Shown one piece after another: positions 1 to 10,006 of a DNA stretch of 64,000 bases (position 1 is its first letter; the number at the start of each line of letters is the position of its first letter). The DNA lies in assembly GCA_030673645.1 (NCBI GenBank), contig DAOVIO010000001.1:35507-99506 (forward strand). Direction: 5' to 3'. A program made the translations under genes and the position numbers. Source of the DNA: Bacteroidales bacterium (GTDB lineage: Bacteria > Bacteroidota > Bacteroidia > Bacteroidales > GCA-2748055). The notes beneath the pieces are model-generated. The model made no database searches and had not been told where the DNA came from. It saw nothing but the letters and a program-made list of their open reading frames with translations.

Positions 1-336
1 AACTCAAATCTTCACTCAAGTCAAGCTCCCATTTATAATAGCATGGAAATAGGGAAGTGGAAATGAAATAGTGAATAACTAATATATTATGCAATAAATC
101 GCAATTTAAAAACGATAGCTTAAAGGTAATTAGGATTATAGATTCCAAAGCAATGAGGTATGGCGAAATATAGTATTAACCGGAGCACATTATGAAAGTG
201 TCTTAAAGTATAATCTGATTGGGAAGTATATATTTATTTTAAGTAAAGATTTCTAATAACTTTTTGTCAAAATGCCCTTAATTTGTTAAAAAGGTATGGT
301 TCTACTTTGATATATTTTTCATAAATTGGCCGGAAT

Positions 337-1338
337 ATGAATGAAGACATTTTATTAGGAAATGAGAAATTAAAGGCCATTGATATAAATACTCATCGTC
401 CGGGAGTAAATATATGGATTGACTTTATGCATATATACCAATTTAAACCATCAGAGGAGTTTTCGGTCCACGCGCATGAGAATTTAGAGTTTCATTATAT
501 TGCCAGCGGGGAAGGAGAAGTAGGTTTCTTGAAGAAAGGTTTTAACAAAGATAACGTTGTTAAATTGCCAGCCGTTGTTAAAAGTCAGAATAAACCATTT
601 CTTAAAGAGTTTCGGCTAAGTCAGCTTATTACTGAAAATAAAGAGTACATAATATACAAAATAAAGGCAGGTGATGCATTCCTAAACCCTCCGGGCCAAT
701 TTTGCTGGCAGAAGTCATCTCAGGAGAATCCATTGGTAGAATATGCCCTCAGGTTTTCTTTTGAAGAAGTCGAAGGAGATACCAGTACCGGTAAATATTT
801 TAAAAAGGAAAACAATATCATTAAAAAATTAATTTGTCAGGATATCATTCAGGTTACTAATGGGAACGAACAGTTAAAAAAAGTATTTGAGTCAGTTTTT
901 CTGGAAGCCAGATATGAAATGCCTGGATATATTACCAAGATTAAAAATGAAATTTATAATCTGATAATAATTATTGCCCGCGCTGCATGGAATAAGCGAC
1001 GTTTAAAATACTTCATTCCTGTAATTGATATTACACAGAAGAGATTAAAACTCATCGAAGATTATATCCAAGCCAACATCACTAATAATATTAAAATTGA
1101 AAATCTGGCTAAGAATGTGAATATGAGTGAGCGCAATCTTTCCCGGTTTGTAAAGGAAATCAAAGGCGTATCTGTACATAAATATATCATCCAAATAAAA
1201 GTTAAAATCGCGGTAGAACTTATATCAACCACGTCTAAGCCATTAGTCGAAATTGCCGTGCTTACAGGCTTTTCTTCTCCTTATCACCTGAGTAGTACTA
1301 TAAAGAGAATTATTGGCAAGAATCCATCCGAATTATAA
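337..1338 (+). CDS. AraC/XylS-family transcriptional regulator (N-terminal cupin-like sensor, C-terminal double HTH)
   Basis: The N-terminus has 'HAHENLEFHYIASGEGEV', which is cupin-like. The C-terminus has 'IENLAKNVNMSERNLSRFVKEIKGVSVHKYI...GFSSPYHLSSTIKRIIGKNPSE', a typical AraC HTH_18 signature. Confidence 0.85.
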   Translation: MNEDILLGNEKLKAIDINTHRPGVNIWIDFMHIYQFKPSEEFSVHAHENLEFHYIASGEGEVGFLKKGFNKDNVVKLPAVVKSQNKPFLKEFRLSQLITENKEYIIYKIKAGDAFLNPPGQFCWQKSSQENPLVEYALRFSFEEVEGDTSTGKYFKKENNIIKKLICQDIIQVTNGNEQLKKVFESVFLEARYEMPGYITKIKNEIYNLIIIIARAAWNKRRLKYFIPVIDITQKRLKLIEDYIQANITNNIKIENLAKNVNMSERNLSRFVKEIKGVSVHKYIIQIKVKIAVELISTTSKPLVEIAVLTGFSSPYHLSSTIKRIIGKNPSEL

Positions 1339-1635
1339 TTTTTGGCAAACTTATGTAAAACCTACTGTTTTTATTTCTGCTATTATTGCAACAATAGATT
1401 TTATGTAAATTGTCATTGACAAATCATGAATTTATTCTTGATGAAGTAGAATTTATATTTTTAAGGTAAACTCAATTTTGCTACTAGCAGTATTCTGATA
1501 GATAGCAATTGAAATATCAGGGCAACCCAATTTTGTTTGAAGAATGTTAATGAACTCCAATTGATTCTAGTGGTAGAAGGCTTTGATTTTAAAGATATTG
1601 AATATTAATAAGTAATATTTCTAATATAACTTATA

Positions 1636-3234
1636 ATGAGTAATATAGTTTATGACATGTTGGTGGTGCTTCTTTATTTTACAGTTATTATCGTAGCTGG
1701 GTATTTAGTAAGTAGAAAACATCGCAGTGACAGTGCCAGTGACTTTCTTACCGGGGGCCATACACTAAATTGGTTTAAAACCGGATTAACCCTTATTGCA
1801 ATGTCTATCGACACTGGGATTATGGGAGTAGCCGGAATCGGTTTTGTATGGGGGCTTGCCATTCAACCAAACGCCTTGAATTTGTGGATTGCCGCTCCTT
1901 TGGCAGCAATGTTTCTTATTCCCATCTATTGGAGGTCTAAAATTGTTACTACTCCCGAATTATTGGAAAAACGGTTTAATGTATACAGCCGGTCATTGTT
2001 TTCCGGATTGATGACGCTTTATAATATTATTGTTCTGGGAACCTCTATTTATTTAGGAGGGTTGATCCTTCAGACCATTTTTGATTGGAATTTACTTATT
2101 TCCTGTTCGGTCATCATGGTAGTGGTCGCAATTTATGTTATGATGGGTGGAATGAAAGCCGTTCTTACCATTAATATTTACCAGGCAGTATTTATAACAT
2201 TAACACTCATGACCGTTGGGATCACTTGTATTGTGAAGGTTGGTGGTCTTTCAGAATTGTTTAATAGTGATGTTCTTAGTGCTTCCGGGGCTCCACTGGC
2301 AAGCACTATGCTTCCTTTCGATTTAAGTTTAAAAAGTAAAATGTGGTATGCCATGCCATCCGGATTAATATGGGGCGCATTGGCTGGCACAGCTTGGATT
2401 GCCTGCAATTTTGGAATGGTGCAACGTCTATTAGCTGCAAAGGATGAAAAGAGTGCCCAGAAAGCAATTCTTTTTACCGGAGCCGGCCATGTGTTTACAT
2501 TCTTTTTCGCGTATGCCGTAGGTGTAAGTATCCATTTATTACAACCAGAACTTGCAAAAGCAGATGAATCATACATGTTTGCAATAATGAACTTTTTTCC
2601 TGTGGGTATAAGAGGTTTATTGATCGCGGGTTTAATCGCTTCATTAATATCAACCATCGATGGATTATTGACCTCATCAGGAACACTTATAACTACGGAT
2701 ATCTTTCTCAGATTTTTCAAGCCAAAAGCAGACGATAAGACTATTAAACGATTCGCCAGAATTGTACAGGCTGTTGTTCTATTAATAGCCTTTTTTATCA
2801 TTCCGGTTGCGGCTAAAGAGCAAACAGTTACCCGACTAATTCAGGACTTGATATCAATACCCCTGGGAGTTATGATTGCACTCTACCTTATTGGTGTTTT
2901 CAGTACAAGGGCTACACCATGGGCTGCATTTATTGGCGCCTTAACAGGAACTGTTGTTGCCATTTCAATTTATTTCTTTTTGCCTGAAATTAACTTTTTA
3001 AACAGGGGATTCTTTGGTTTCATAACCGTTGTTATAACGACTATTAGTCTTAGCTTTTTTGAAAAAAGACAAAGTATTGAAAGTCTTGAGAACCTTACCG
3101 TATTTACACTTTCAGATGTAAAAGGTCCCTGGGTGGGACAGGGGGCTTGGAGCAATCTATGGAAATGGATACTTGGGATCATTGTGGGTTGGTTTGTTTT
3201 AACTACCATATGGGAATTGCTAGTATCTCATTAA
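1636..3234 (+). CDS. Sodium:solute symporter (SSF) family sugar transporter
   Basis: 532 aa, very hydrophobic, roughly 13-14 predicted TM helices. The overall layout matches SSF/SGLT-type permeases and it sits next to a cytoplasmic GH130. Confidence 0.75.
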   Translation: MSNIVYDMLVVLLYFTVIIVAGYLVSRKHRSDSASDFLTGGHTLNWFKTGLTLIAMSIDTGIMGVAGIGFVWGLAIQPNALNLWIAAPLAAMFLIPIYWRSKIVTTPELLEKRFNVYSRSLFSGLMTLYNIIVLGTSIYLGGLILQTIFDWNLLISCSVIMVVVAIYVMMGGMKAVLTINIYQAVFITLTLMTVGITCIVKVGGLSELFNSDVLSASGAPLASTMLPFDLSLKSKMWYAMPSGLIWGALAGTAWIACNFGMVQRLLAAKDEKSAQKAILFTGAGHVFTFFFAYAVGVSIHLLQPELAKADESYMFAIMNFFPVGIRGLLIAGLIASLISTIDGLLTSSGTLITTDIFLRFFKPKADDKTIKRFARIVQAVVLLIAFFIIPVAAKEQTVTRLIQDLISIPLGVMIALYLIGVFSTRATPWAAFIGALTGTVVAISIYFFLPEINFLNRGFFGFITVVITTISLSFFEKRQSIESLENLTVFTLSDVKGPWVGQGAWSNLWKWILGIIVGWFVLTTIWELLVSH

Positions 3235-3526
3235 TTTATTGAGATGTTTTGAAAGTATCAGAAAATTTCATTTCAAAATCAGTTTATTAACTAAGTTTTT
3301 TTTAATTCACTTTTTTGGCAGCATTATATATTTTTAGGAATTAAGAAGTTTTAATATTTGCAAGTAGAAAATATACACCTATCAACTGTCGGTTTTTTTT
3401 TGTAAAATTCAAAAAAGGTACTTTCGATTTCGATAGGGTTTTATAATTCAGAAGCATTAGGATTGGAAAATTTTAGACCAAAAATTGCTTCAGAAAATCT
3501 TCCAATAGATAATAAAATTGAAATTG

Positions 3527-4531
3527 ATGAGTACTCAGCATGAAATAAAAGTGTCGAAAGACATAAATGGCCTTGAAAAAAGAGACGCTACGAAAATATT
3601 AAGCAGACATCCGCAAAATCCTTTATTGCATATTAGTGATTTTCCGGGATGTGCCCAGTTATACAATCCTTCACCCGTAATGTTTGGTGATGAAACGATA
3701 CTCTTAGTTTCTGTTGTCGATCACGCCGCTACCGATGGCTTTGGCAGAGATGTTGGACAGACACGAGTTGCTCGTAGTATGGATGGCGTCAATTTTACCC
3801 TTTCTGAAAAGAATTTTATCGAACTCCAAAGTGATGAATATCCTTATCCCCTCTATCATCACTTCATCGACAATCGGGTTACAAAAATTGATGACTGGTA
3901 TTATATCATTACACCTGTAATGGTGAAAGGATTCGATTCCCCTGTGGGAATGCTGGGGCGGACAAAAGATTTTGAATCTTACGAACGTATCGATATTATT
4001 ACCCAGCCTAAAAACCGGGGAGCATCTCTCTTTCCTGTAAAAATTAATGGCAAGTACTATAAATTAGATCGTCCTGGTGGCGGTGATGGTGGAGATGGTG
4101 ACATATGGATAAGTGCCTCAACAGATTTAGTACACTGGGGAGAGTTTAAACCGGTAATTGCAGCAGGATATCGTTTCTGGAATGTTCAAAAAATAGGACC
4201 AACTCCACCGATAAAGACGAAGGACGGTTGGCTGGATATTATCCACGGTGTATTCTCTCCGGCCGGAGGAACCTACTATTATATTGGTGCAATTTTGCTT
4301 GATCTTGAAGAACCCTGGAAAGTTATCGGTAAAACGAACAGCTATCTGATGATGCCACAGGAGGAGTATGAAAAACATGGAAATTGCGACAATACAATTT
4401 TTCCCTGTGGAGCCATTCCAAAATACGACATTGATGAACTATGGCTGTACTATGGTGCAACAGATTTCTCAATTTGTCTGGCAACAGGTTCCTTAAGTGG
4501 TATTGTTGATGCTTGTAAAAAAGGCCTGTAA
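3527..4531 (+). CDS. GH130 family beta-mannoside phosphorylase-like enzyme, cytoplasmic (no signal peptide)
   Basis: GH130 blocks are present: 'FIDNRVTKIDDWYYI' (EDPR-like block with the catalytic Asp), 'KNRGASLFPVKINGKYYKLDRP' (both phosphate-site Arg residues retained), 'DGWLDIIHGV' and 'LWLYYGATD'. The ORF track starts at a TTG (3518); the first ATG is at 3527. Confidence 0.72.
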   Translation: MSTQHEIKVSKDINGLEKRDATKILSRHPQNPLLHISDFPGCAQLYNPSPVMFGDETILLVSVVDHAATDGFGRDVGQTRVARSMDGVNFTLSEKNFIELQSDEYPYPLYHHFIDNRVTKIDDWYYIITPVMVKGFDSPVGMLGRTKDFESYERIDIITQPKNRGASLFPVKINGKYYKLDRPGGGDGGDGDIWISASTDLVHWGEFKPVIAAGYRFWNVQKIGPTPPIKTKDGWLDIIHGVFSPAGGTYYYIGAILLDLEEPWKVIGKTNSYLMMPQEEYEKHGNCDNTIFPCGAIPKYDIDELWLYYGATDFSICLATGSLSGIVDACKKGL

Positions 4532-4620
4532 CATTCGGGCTTAATATTCATCCTTTAAAAAAGTTCAAAGCTATCTATCCCATTTTGGATAAAAATGAAA
4601 TCTCAACAAATCCTGAAATT

Positions 4621-6426
4621 ATGCCAAAAATCACCCAAGTAAAATGGATCTCAATTCTAATCCTGTTTTCAATATTGATTGCTTCATGTGGGGAAAAGGA
4701 AATACCTGAAAATAAATTTATTTACGCTAAAGATGGTCGCTTGTTTTTTCCTGATGGCAAGGAATTGTCCCTTTGGGGCGTAAACCTGCAACCTTGCTTG
4801 TCCTGGGAGTACAATAGCTTGTTTAAATTAATTGGAGTTCCATTAAGAGCAGATAGTCTTAAACTGGCAACCGATAATGCCCTGGATGAGATCCAAAAAA
4901 TGAACTGTGATTTAATCCGTTGTCATCTGACACCTTCCGACTTTACCGATAACGAGGGAAATCTGGTTGAAACGGTTTATCTTGACATCCTTGACTATAT
5001 GGTTGCTGAAGCTTCTAATAGAGGAATTTACTCTTACATTACCTTTCTAAATACGAATATGGGTTTCGATATTGATGTTGATGAACCCAAAGATCATACC
5101 CCAAATTTTGTCGAAAATTCCTTTGGAGGTAAACTGGACCGTAAGCATCTTATTGAAAATGAGGACATAGTTAATAAATCAAAAAATTATATAAGCCAAC
5201 TTTTAAACCGGGTAAATCCTTATTTAAAAACAAGCTACAAAAATACTCCAGCCATTGCTGTCTGGGAAATTAGCAATGAGCCTACCTATTACTCCTATAA
5301 GCAAGTGAAAGAAACTCCCTATTATGAGGAGTTTAAATCGTGGGCATTAGGACAGGGATTGGAAGATACTGAAGAGGATTACGCCTCATATCGATATGAT
5401 CTTGTATTGAACTACATCAATGATATGTATGATGTAATACGCGAGACGGGAGCGGTACAGCCTATTGTTTGGAATTGTAACTGGAATAAAATGATCAATG
5501 GTCACGAAGAAATTTTTGATGCCATTGGGATCTCTAAAGTTGAGGTCGTGTCATTTTGTAACTATCCCGGACAAAGTGTTTGTAAAAAACCATATACCAA
5601 AAATCCTGTTGACCTTTCAGGTTACGACTTTTCATCCTTTTTAAAGAATTCATATACCAAAGAAGATTGGTATGGTTGGGCATTGCGGCCCGACTTTATG
5701 AAAAAGGCTAAGGTCGCCTATGAGTTTGAGATTTTCTACAATCAGAGTGCCTATTTATACCCTGCACAAGCATCATTCTTCAGGGCAATGGGTGTGCAAA
5801 TGGCAAGTATGTGGCATTATAGTATGCCAAGGTACGCACCTTACAGAAATGGTTCACATCATTTAAGTCTGACCAGTACACCCCCAAAAGCAGCTTCTTA
5901 TGCTGTTGCCGGAGAGTTATTTAGGTCCTTACCATTGTATCACGAATATGATACCGTTTCAACTACAGAAAAAGTGACTGAAAATTATATGTATTCCTAT
6001 GAAAAGAATATTAGCATTTATAGCTCAGATGAAATGTATATCCATTCTGGGCCTGTTGATGATAATGAGTTGCCTGAGCCTTCCGGGAATGTAAAAAAAG
6101 TGATTGGCTTCGGAAACTCTCCCCTTGCTAAATACGATGGGAATGGTATTTATACTATAAATATTCAGGATAATTCGATTGAAATTGAAATAGAACCGAA
6201 TACAGAACAATTAAAACCTCTTTGGGGAAAGGACTTTCTTGTTGGTCTCGTAACTCAACTAGATTATCTGACTCATCATTCATTTGAATTAAATCTTAAG
6301 GGCTGGGATGCTTCCAATTCTGTTATTTATCGATTGGAGAATGATGTTAAAACCAAAATAGAAGTTCTGGATAATTCACTCCTTTCATTTCAGGCTATTC
6401 CAGGAAAATATCTTATTGAAAAATAA
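4621..6426 (+). CDS. Lipoprotein, unassigned clan GH-A-like (beta/alpha)8 glycoside hydrolase plus C-terminal beta-sandwich; paralogue A of a three-member family
   Basis: The lipobox 'LIASCG' follows the ATG at 4621 (the track starts at TTG 4585). It carries 'DLIRCHLTPSDF', 'VWEISNEP' (NEP acid/base-type motif), 'KVEVVSFCNYPGQSV' and 'AKVAYEFEIFYNQS' (candidate nucleophile Glu). It is collinear with 10007.. and 30996... Confidence 0.6.
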   Translation: MPKITQVKWISILILFSILIASCGEKEIPENKFIYAKDGRLFFPDGKELSLWGVNLQPCLSWEYNSLFKLIGVPLRADSLKLATDNALDEIQKMNCDLIRCHLTPSDFTDNEGNLVETVYLDILDYMVAEASNRGIYSYITFLNTNMGFDIDVDEPKDHTPNFVENSFGGKLDRKHLIENEDIVNKSKNYISQLLNRVNPYLKTSYKNTPAIAVWEISNEPTYYSYKQVKETPYYEEFKSWALGQGLEDTEEDYASYRYDLVLNYINDMYDVIRETGAVQPIVWNCNWNKMINGHEEIFDAIGISKVEVVSFCNYPGQSVCKKPYTKNPVDLSGYDFSSFLKNSYTKEDWYGWALRPDFMKKAKVAYEFEIFYNQSAYLYPAQASFFRAMGVQMASMWHYSMPRYAPYRNGSHHLSLTSTPPKAASYAVAGELFRSLPLYHEYDTVSTTEKVTENYMYSYEKNISIYSSDEMYIHSGPVDDNELPEPSGNVKKVIGFGNSPLAKYDGNGIYTINIQDNSIEIEIEPNTEQLKPLWGKDFLVGLVTQLDYLTHHSFELNLKGWDASNSVIYRLENDVKTKIEVLDNSLLSFQAIPGKYLIEK

Positions 6427-6451
6427 TTAAGTTTTATCATAATTCTGAGCT

Positions 6452-8050
6452 ATGTCAGTGCGTAAACAAGTAATCAGTATCCTTCCTGTAATTTTTCTTT
6501 CAACAGGATGTAGTGAATCAATTAAACAAGACCTCAAACCCAATGTGGTAGTTATGTATATCGATGATTTGGATTTTGATGAACTAGGCTATTATGGTTC
6601 GATAAATCTAACTCCGAATATTGATAAGCTTGCCAGTGAAGGAATGAATTTCACACGTGCATATGTTACATCTACTGTATGCACACCCAGTCGGTATGGT
6701 CTTGTAACCGGTAATTATGCATCCCGGTCGATAGCCATTCAGGAAAATCCAGCATCCACTTGGCGAAATCGACTTTATCCGCCCGGAACCGATGCAAATG
6801 TTCATTTTAATTGTATTCTGACTCCTGGAGAAAAGACCTTTGGTAATTATATGCATGAAGCGGGTTATGTGACTGGTATGGTTGGGAAATGGCATATGGG
6901 CGGTAGCGCAAAAGGAGAATATATCTATAAAGATAGTGACGGCAATTTTACAAAGCCTAAAATACCCTTGAATAAGGAAGAAAGTTATGACAGTCCCTAC
7001 AACCAACAGTCTATTAAAGAGCATTACAAAACCATAACCAATTATATTAAAGAAAATTTCGGATTCGATTTTGTTGATGGTTTTTTTGAACAGAATGCTT
7101 CTGGTCTGCGGCAATCAGGATATCCGGAAATTTATCAAAAACATAATCTGGAATGGATAACCGCCAACGGACAGAAATTTATTAGAGAAAACAAGGATAT
7201 ACCATTCTTTCTATATTATGCTTTAACCCTGCCACACGGCGAACAAGGTGGGTTTAAAGAAAATATTGAGTCCTCCGAATTGACAATTACTCCTGGTGGA
7301 AGAATTGATAAAATGCCTGAAACCGGTATGCCTGATAGAAACAAGCTATCTGAACGCTGCAAAGCAGCAGACTTAAAACCGGCATCGATGGCCATGATGT
7401 ATGTGGATGATGCAGTGGGAGCACTTTTAAATACCTTAAAAGAAGAGGGACTGGAAGAAAATACGATTGTAATGTTTATCAGCGATCATGGAAATTATGC
7501 AAAACTGGCACTTTTTGAAGGTGGGGTCAGGGTACCATTTATTGTTAAATGGCCGGGGATTGTAAAAGCCGGATCATCAAATGACCAGATTATTGCAAAT
7601 ATTGATGTTACTCCAACCATTTTAGAAATTTCTGAGTCTAATAAAGAAATTAGTTTTGATGGAATTAGTTTTTTATCACTTCTAAAAGGAAGCAAGGAAT
7701 CCATACGTGAAGCCCTGTTAATTGAAGTAGGGTATGCAAAGGCAATAGTCACGAAAGAATCCAAGCTTACCTACATCCGGTTTCCTGAAGAAGAAAAGGA
7801 AACTATTGAAGGTCATGGAGGAATAGACGGTATCAATTACAATGCCTCAAACGCAACATTTGCAAAACGTCAAAAATCCAATTATCCTGGTTATTGGGAT
7901 TTAAACCAACTATATGATCTGGTAAACGATTCTGCAGAGCAGAAAAATATTTATTCCGATAACCCTGAAAAGCTTGAGGGATTGGAAGAACTTATGAAAA
8001 GGGAGCTAGATAAATTGCCTCATACTTTTGGCGAAATAAAAGTAAAATAG
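6452..8050 (+). CDS. S1-family formylglycine-dependent sulfatase (Cys-type), lipoprotein
   Basis: Carries 'VVMYIDDLDFDE', the FGly motif 'CTPSRYGLVTGNY', 'GKWHMG' and 'FISDHGN', plus the lipobox 'LSTGC'. Confidence 0.9.
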   Translation: MSVRKQVISILPVIFLSTGCSESIKQDLKPNVVVMYIDDLDFDELGYYGSINLTPNIDKLASEGMNFTRAYVTSTVCTPSRYGLVTGNYASRSIAIQENPASTWRNRLYPPGTDANVHFNCILTPGEKTFGNYMHEAGYVTGMVGKWHMGGSAKGEYIYKDSDGNFTKPKIPLNKEESYDSPYNQQSIKEHYKTITNYIKENFGFDFVDGFFEQNASGLRQSGYPEIYQKHNLEWITANGQKFIRENKDIPFFLYYALTLPHGEQGGFKENIESSELTITPGGRIDKMPETGMPDRNKLSERCKAADLKPASMAMMYVDDAVGALLNTLKEEGLEENTIVMFISDHGNYAKLALFEGGVRVPFIVKWPGIVKAGSSNDQIIANIDVTPTILEISESNKEISFDGISFLSLLKGSKESIREALLIEVGYAKAIVTKESKLTYIRFPEEEKETIEGHGGIDGINYNASNATFAKRQKSNYPGYWDLNQLYDLVNDSAEQKNIYSDNPEKLEGLEELMKRELDKLPHTFGEIKVK

Positions 8051-8054
8051 TATT

Positions 8055-9434
8055 ATGAATTCAGCTAAGATTTTTATATTCTTAACGATATCTTTCTCCA
8101 ATCTTTTGTGCTTTGGGCAGGATGGCTCGTACGATTTTTTCGACGGAACCGATATACAGACATATTGCATTATGACTTATGCAGAGGATCAAATAAAGGA
8201 TGTACGAAAAAGTGATTTTTTGCTGACTATTCATGATGAAAATGGAAACTCAATAAACGATTCGGTAAATATTGAACTGGTTTCACATGAATTTGATTTT
8301 GGAACCGATTTATTTAATTTTCATAAACTTGATAATTCCGATCCGGCACTGATTACTTCCCTAAAAGTTATCGACACCCTTTTTAATTCTGTAATTATTT
8401 GTGATTACTGGGGTACTAACCAGAATCAACTAAATGGACCCTTTAATTGGGATTCACCCGATTATGGCTTTCAGATTGCCGAAGATTACAAGAAAAGAGG
8501 GCGTTATCATGCTTTGATTTTTGGCTTTCCAAGGTGGTTGCATTATTTCGATACCGAAGAAAAGCAATGGGAAGTAATCGAACAACGATTTATGAATGTA
8601 GCAGGCAGGTATGGCGATTTGATTACGGAGATTGATGTTATCAATGAGTTTGTCAATTACCAATATTGGGATCAAAATGCCCATGCTCTGTATTTAAAAA
8701 CTACTACTTTTCCTGATTTTGCGAAACCCGAGAACGGTCTTAGGGTGTTGAAGCTTGCAAAAAAACATTTTCCAAATGCCAGACTGGTAGTACTGGAAAC
8801 CGGGATATGGAGTATGAAAAATCCTGTTTTTCATGAAATTTACGATTACCATAAATATCTCATAGATCATAATGCCCCAGATTATTTTATTGGATACCAG
8901 GCACATTATTATTCTGATGGATTACCTTTCCAGGAGGGTTCCAGAAAATATGGCCCCAGAACTTTTATGATGGATGATATCAACAGCGCCATTGAACATA
9001 TGGGTTCTCTTGGCAAGCCTATGACTATTACAGAGTTTAATCCGCCTTCAAGAAATAATCAAAACACCGACCCGGATCAACCCAGAATAAGTGACGAAGA
9101 AATTGCTGCCTGGGAAACCAACTTCTATACACTGATGTTTTCCAAACCCTATGTGTATGGACTTTCCAGATGGTTTACAGTTGATAACCTGGGTGGCAAA
9201 GGCATGGATGCAGGCGTGGTAACCGAAGAAGGAGAATTGAAACCAAATTATTTTGCATTAAAGAAGCTGATTAAAGAGAAATGGCATACAAGATGGGAAG
9301 GGAATGCAAATCAAACCATTTCTTTGAATGGATTTTACGGTACTTACAAAGTAAATATTGATGGGTTTGAAGAAGAAATAGTTGAACTAACCCAATTGAA
9401 TACCTTACAAACAATTATACTCCGAAAGAAATAA
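8055..9434 (+). CDS. Secreted clan GH-A glycoside hydrolase, distantly GH10-like
   Basis: It has a signal peptide. Four blocks parallel the GH10 signature order: 'RGRYHALIFGFPRWL', 'ITEIDVINEF' (compare WDVVNE), 'FIGYQAHYY' and 'PMTITEFNPP' (compare ITELD). The sequence is divergent, so family assignment is tentative. Confidence 0.5.
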   Translation: MNSAKIFIFLTISFSNLLCFGQDGSYDFFDGTDIQTYCIMTYAEDQIKDVRKSDFLLTIHDENGNSINDSVNIELVSHEFDFGTDLFNFHKLDNSDPALITSLKVIDTLFNSVIICDYWGTNQNQLNGPFNWDSPDYGFQIAEDYKKRGRYHALIFGFPRWLHYFDTEEKQWEVIEQRFMNVAGRYGDLITEIDVINEFVNYQYWDQNAHALYLKTTTFPDFAKPENGLRVLKLAKKHFPNARLVVLETGIWSMKNPVFHEIYDYHKYLIDHNAPDYFIGYQAHYYSDGLPFQEGSRKYGPRTFMMDDINSAIEHMGSLGKPMTITEFNPPSRNNQNTDPDQPRISDEEIAAWETNFYTLMFSKPYVYGLSRWFTVDNLGGKGMDAGVVTEEGELKPNYFALKKLIKEKWHTRWEGNANQTISLNGFYGTYKVNIDGFEEEIVELTQLNTLQTIILRKK

Positions 9435-9568
9435 AAAAAATGAATATATGCTTAGAATATTTTCAATACATTCCTTGTTATTTCGCAAGGACATTAATGC
9501 ATTCATTTGCTTATAACAGAATTATGAAACAGAAGCATATTTTATCAATTTAAATTCTAATTATCTGA

Positions 9569-9805
9569 ATCTCGGTAAATCCACTATTTTCACAGGAAGT
9601 TACAGGTGAATTGAAAAAATGGCATAAGGTCACAATTAAATTTAACGGTTCTTTAACCAGTGAGACAAAAACCGATAATCCATTTTTGAATTCTGGCACA
9701 ATCGGCTGGGAACAAATCTTTGGCGAGATTTTATATTCTCAAATGGTGCTATTTTTAAGGACTTTTCAAAATACTGCTATTATAAGTCTTCTTTTGCTAA
9801 TATAA
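9569..9805 (+). pseudogene. Relic of a DUF5060-type N-terminal domain (gene fragment); the 64-aa ORF at 9611..9805 is probably not a real gene
   Basis: The in-frame read-through 'SVNPLFSQEVTGELKKWHKVTIKFNGSLTSETKTDNPFLN' resembles the conserved start of DUF5060 domains (GH140-type proteins). A stop lies immediately upstream, and similarity is lost after 'PFLN', giving way to low-complexity sequence. Confidence 0.35.
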
Positions 9806-10006
9806 ACACCTCAGCTATTTAATGGACTGTATTTTTACCAATTATCGACTCTTCGAGCATAATTAAAATTGGCTGTTTTTTAAATCTCATTGTAATACCA
9901 AATTACTAATTTTATGAAATTCGATAAGGTCTGAGTTTTTACCATAGAAAATATTTCTTTGGTTCATACTGGATTTGAATTTTAAAAGGAGTTAACAATT
10001 AGTGAT

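Noticed and set aside
2178-2801. 207-aa minus-strand ORF antisense to the symporter gene. Similar antisense ORFs occur at 6608-7114, 18527-18970, 33464-33793 and 54846-55208.
   Set aside because: Each lies entirely inside a well-supported gene on the other strand. Their compositions are odd and low in complexity, and I recognise no motifs. They are typical shadow ORFs of an AT-rich genome.
9611-9805. 64-aa ORF as a genuine small protein
   Set aside because: Its only recognisable part is a DUF5060-like fragment that extends upstream of the proposed TTG start. The rest is unrelated hydrophobic read-through. It is better explained as a gene relic.
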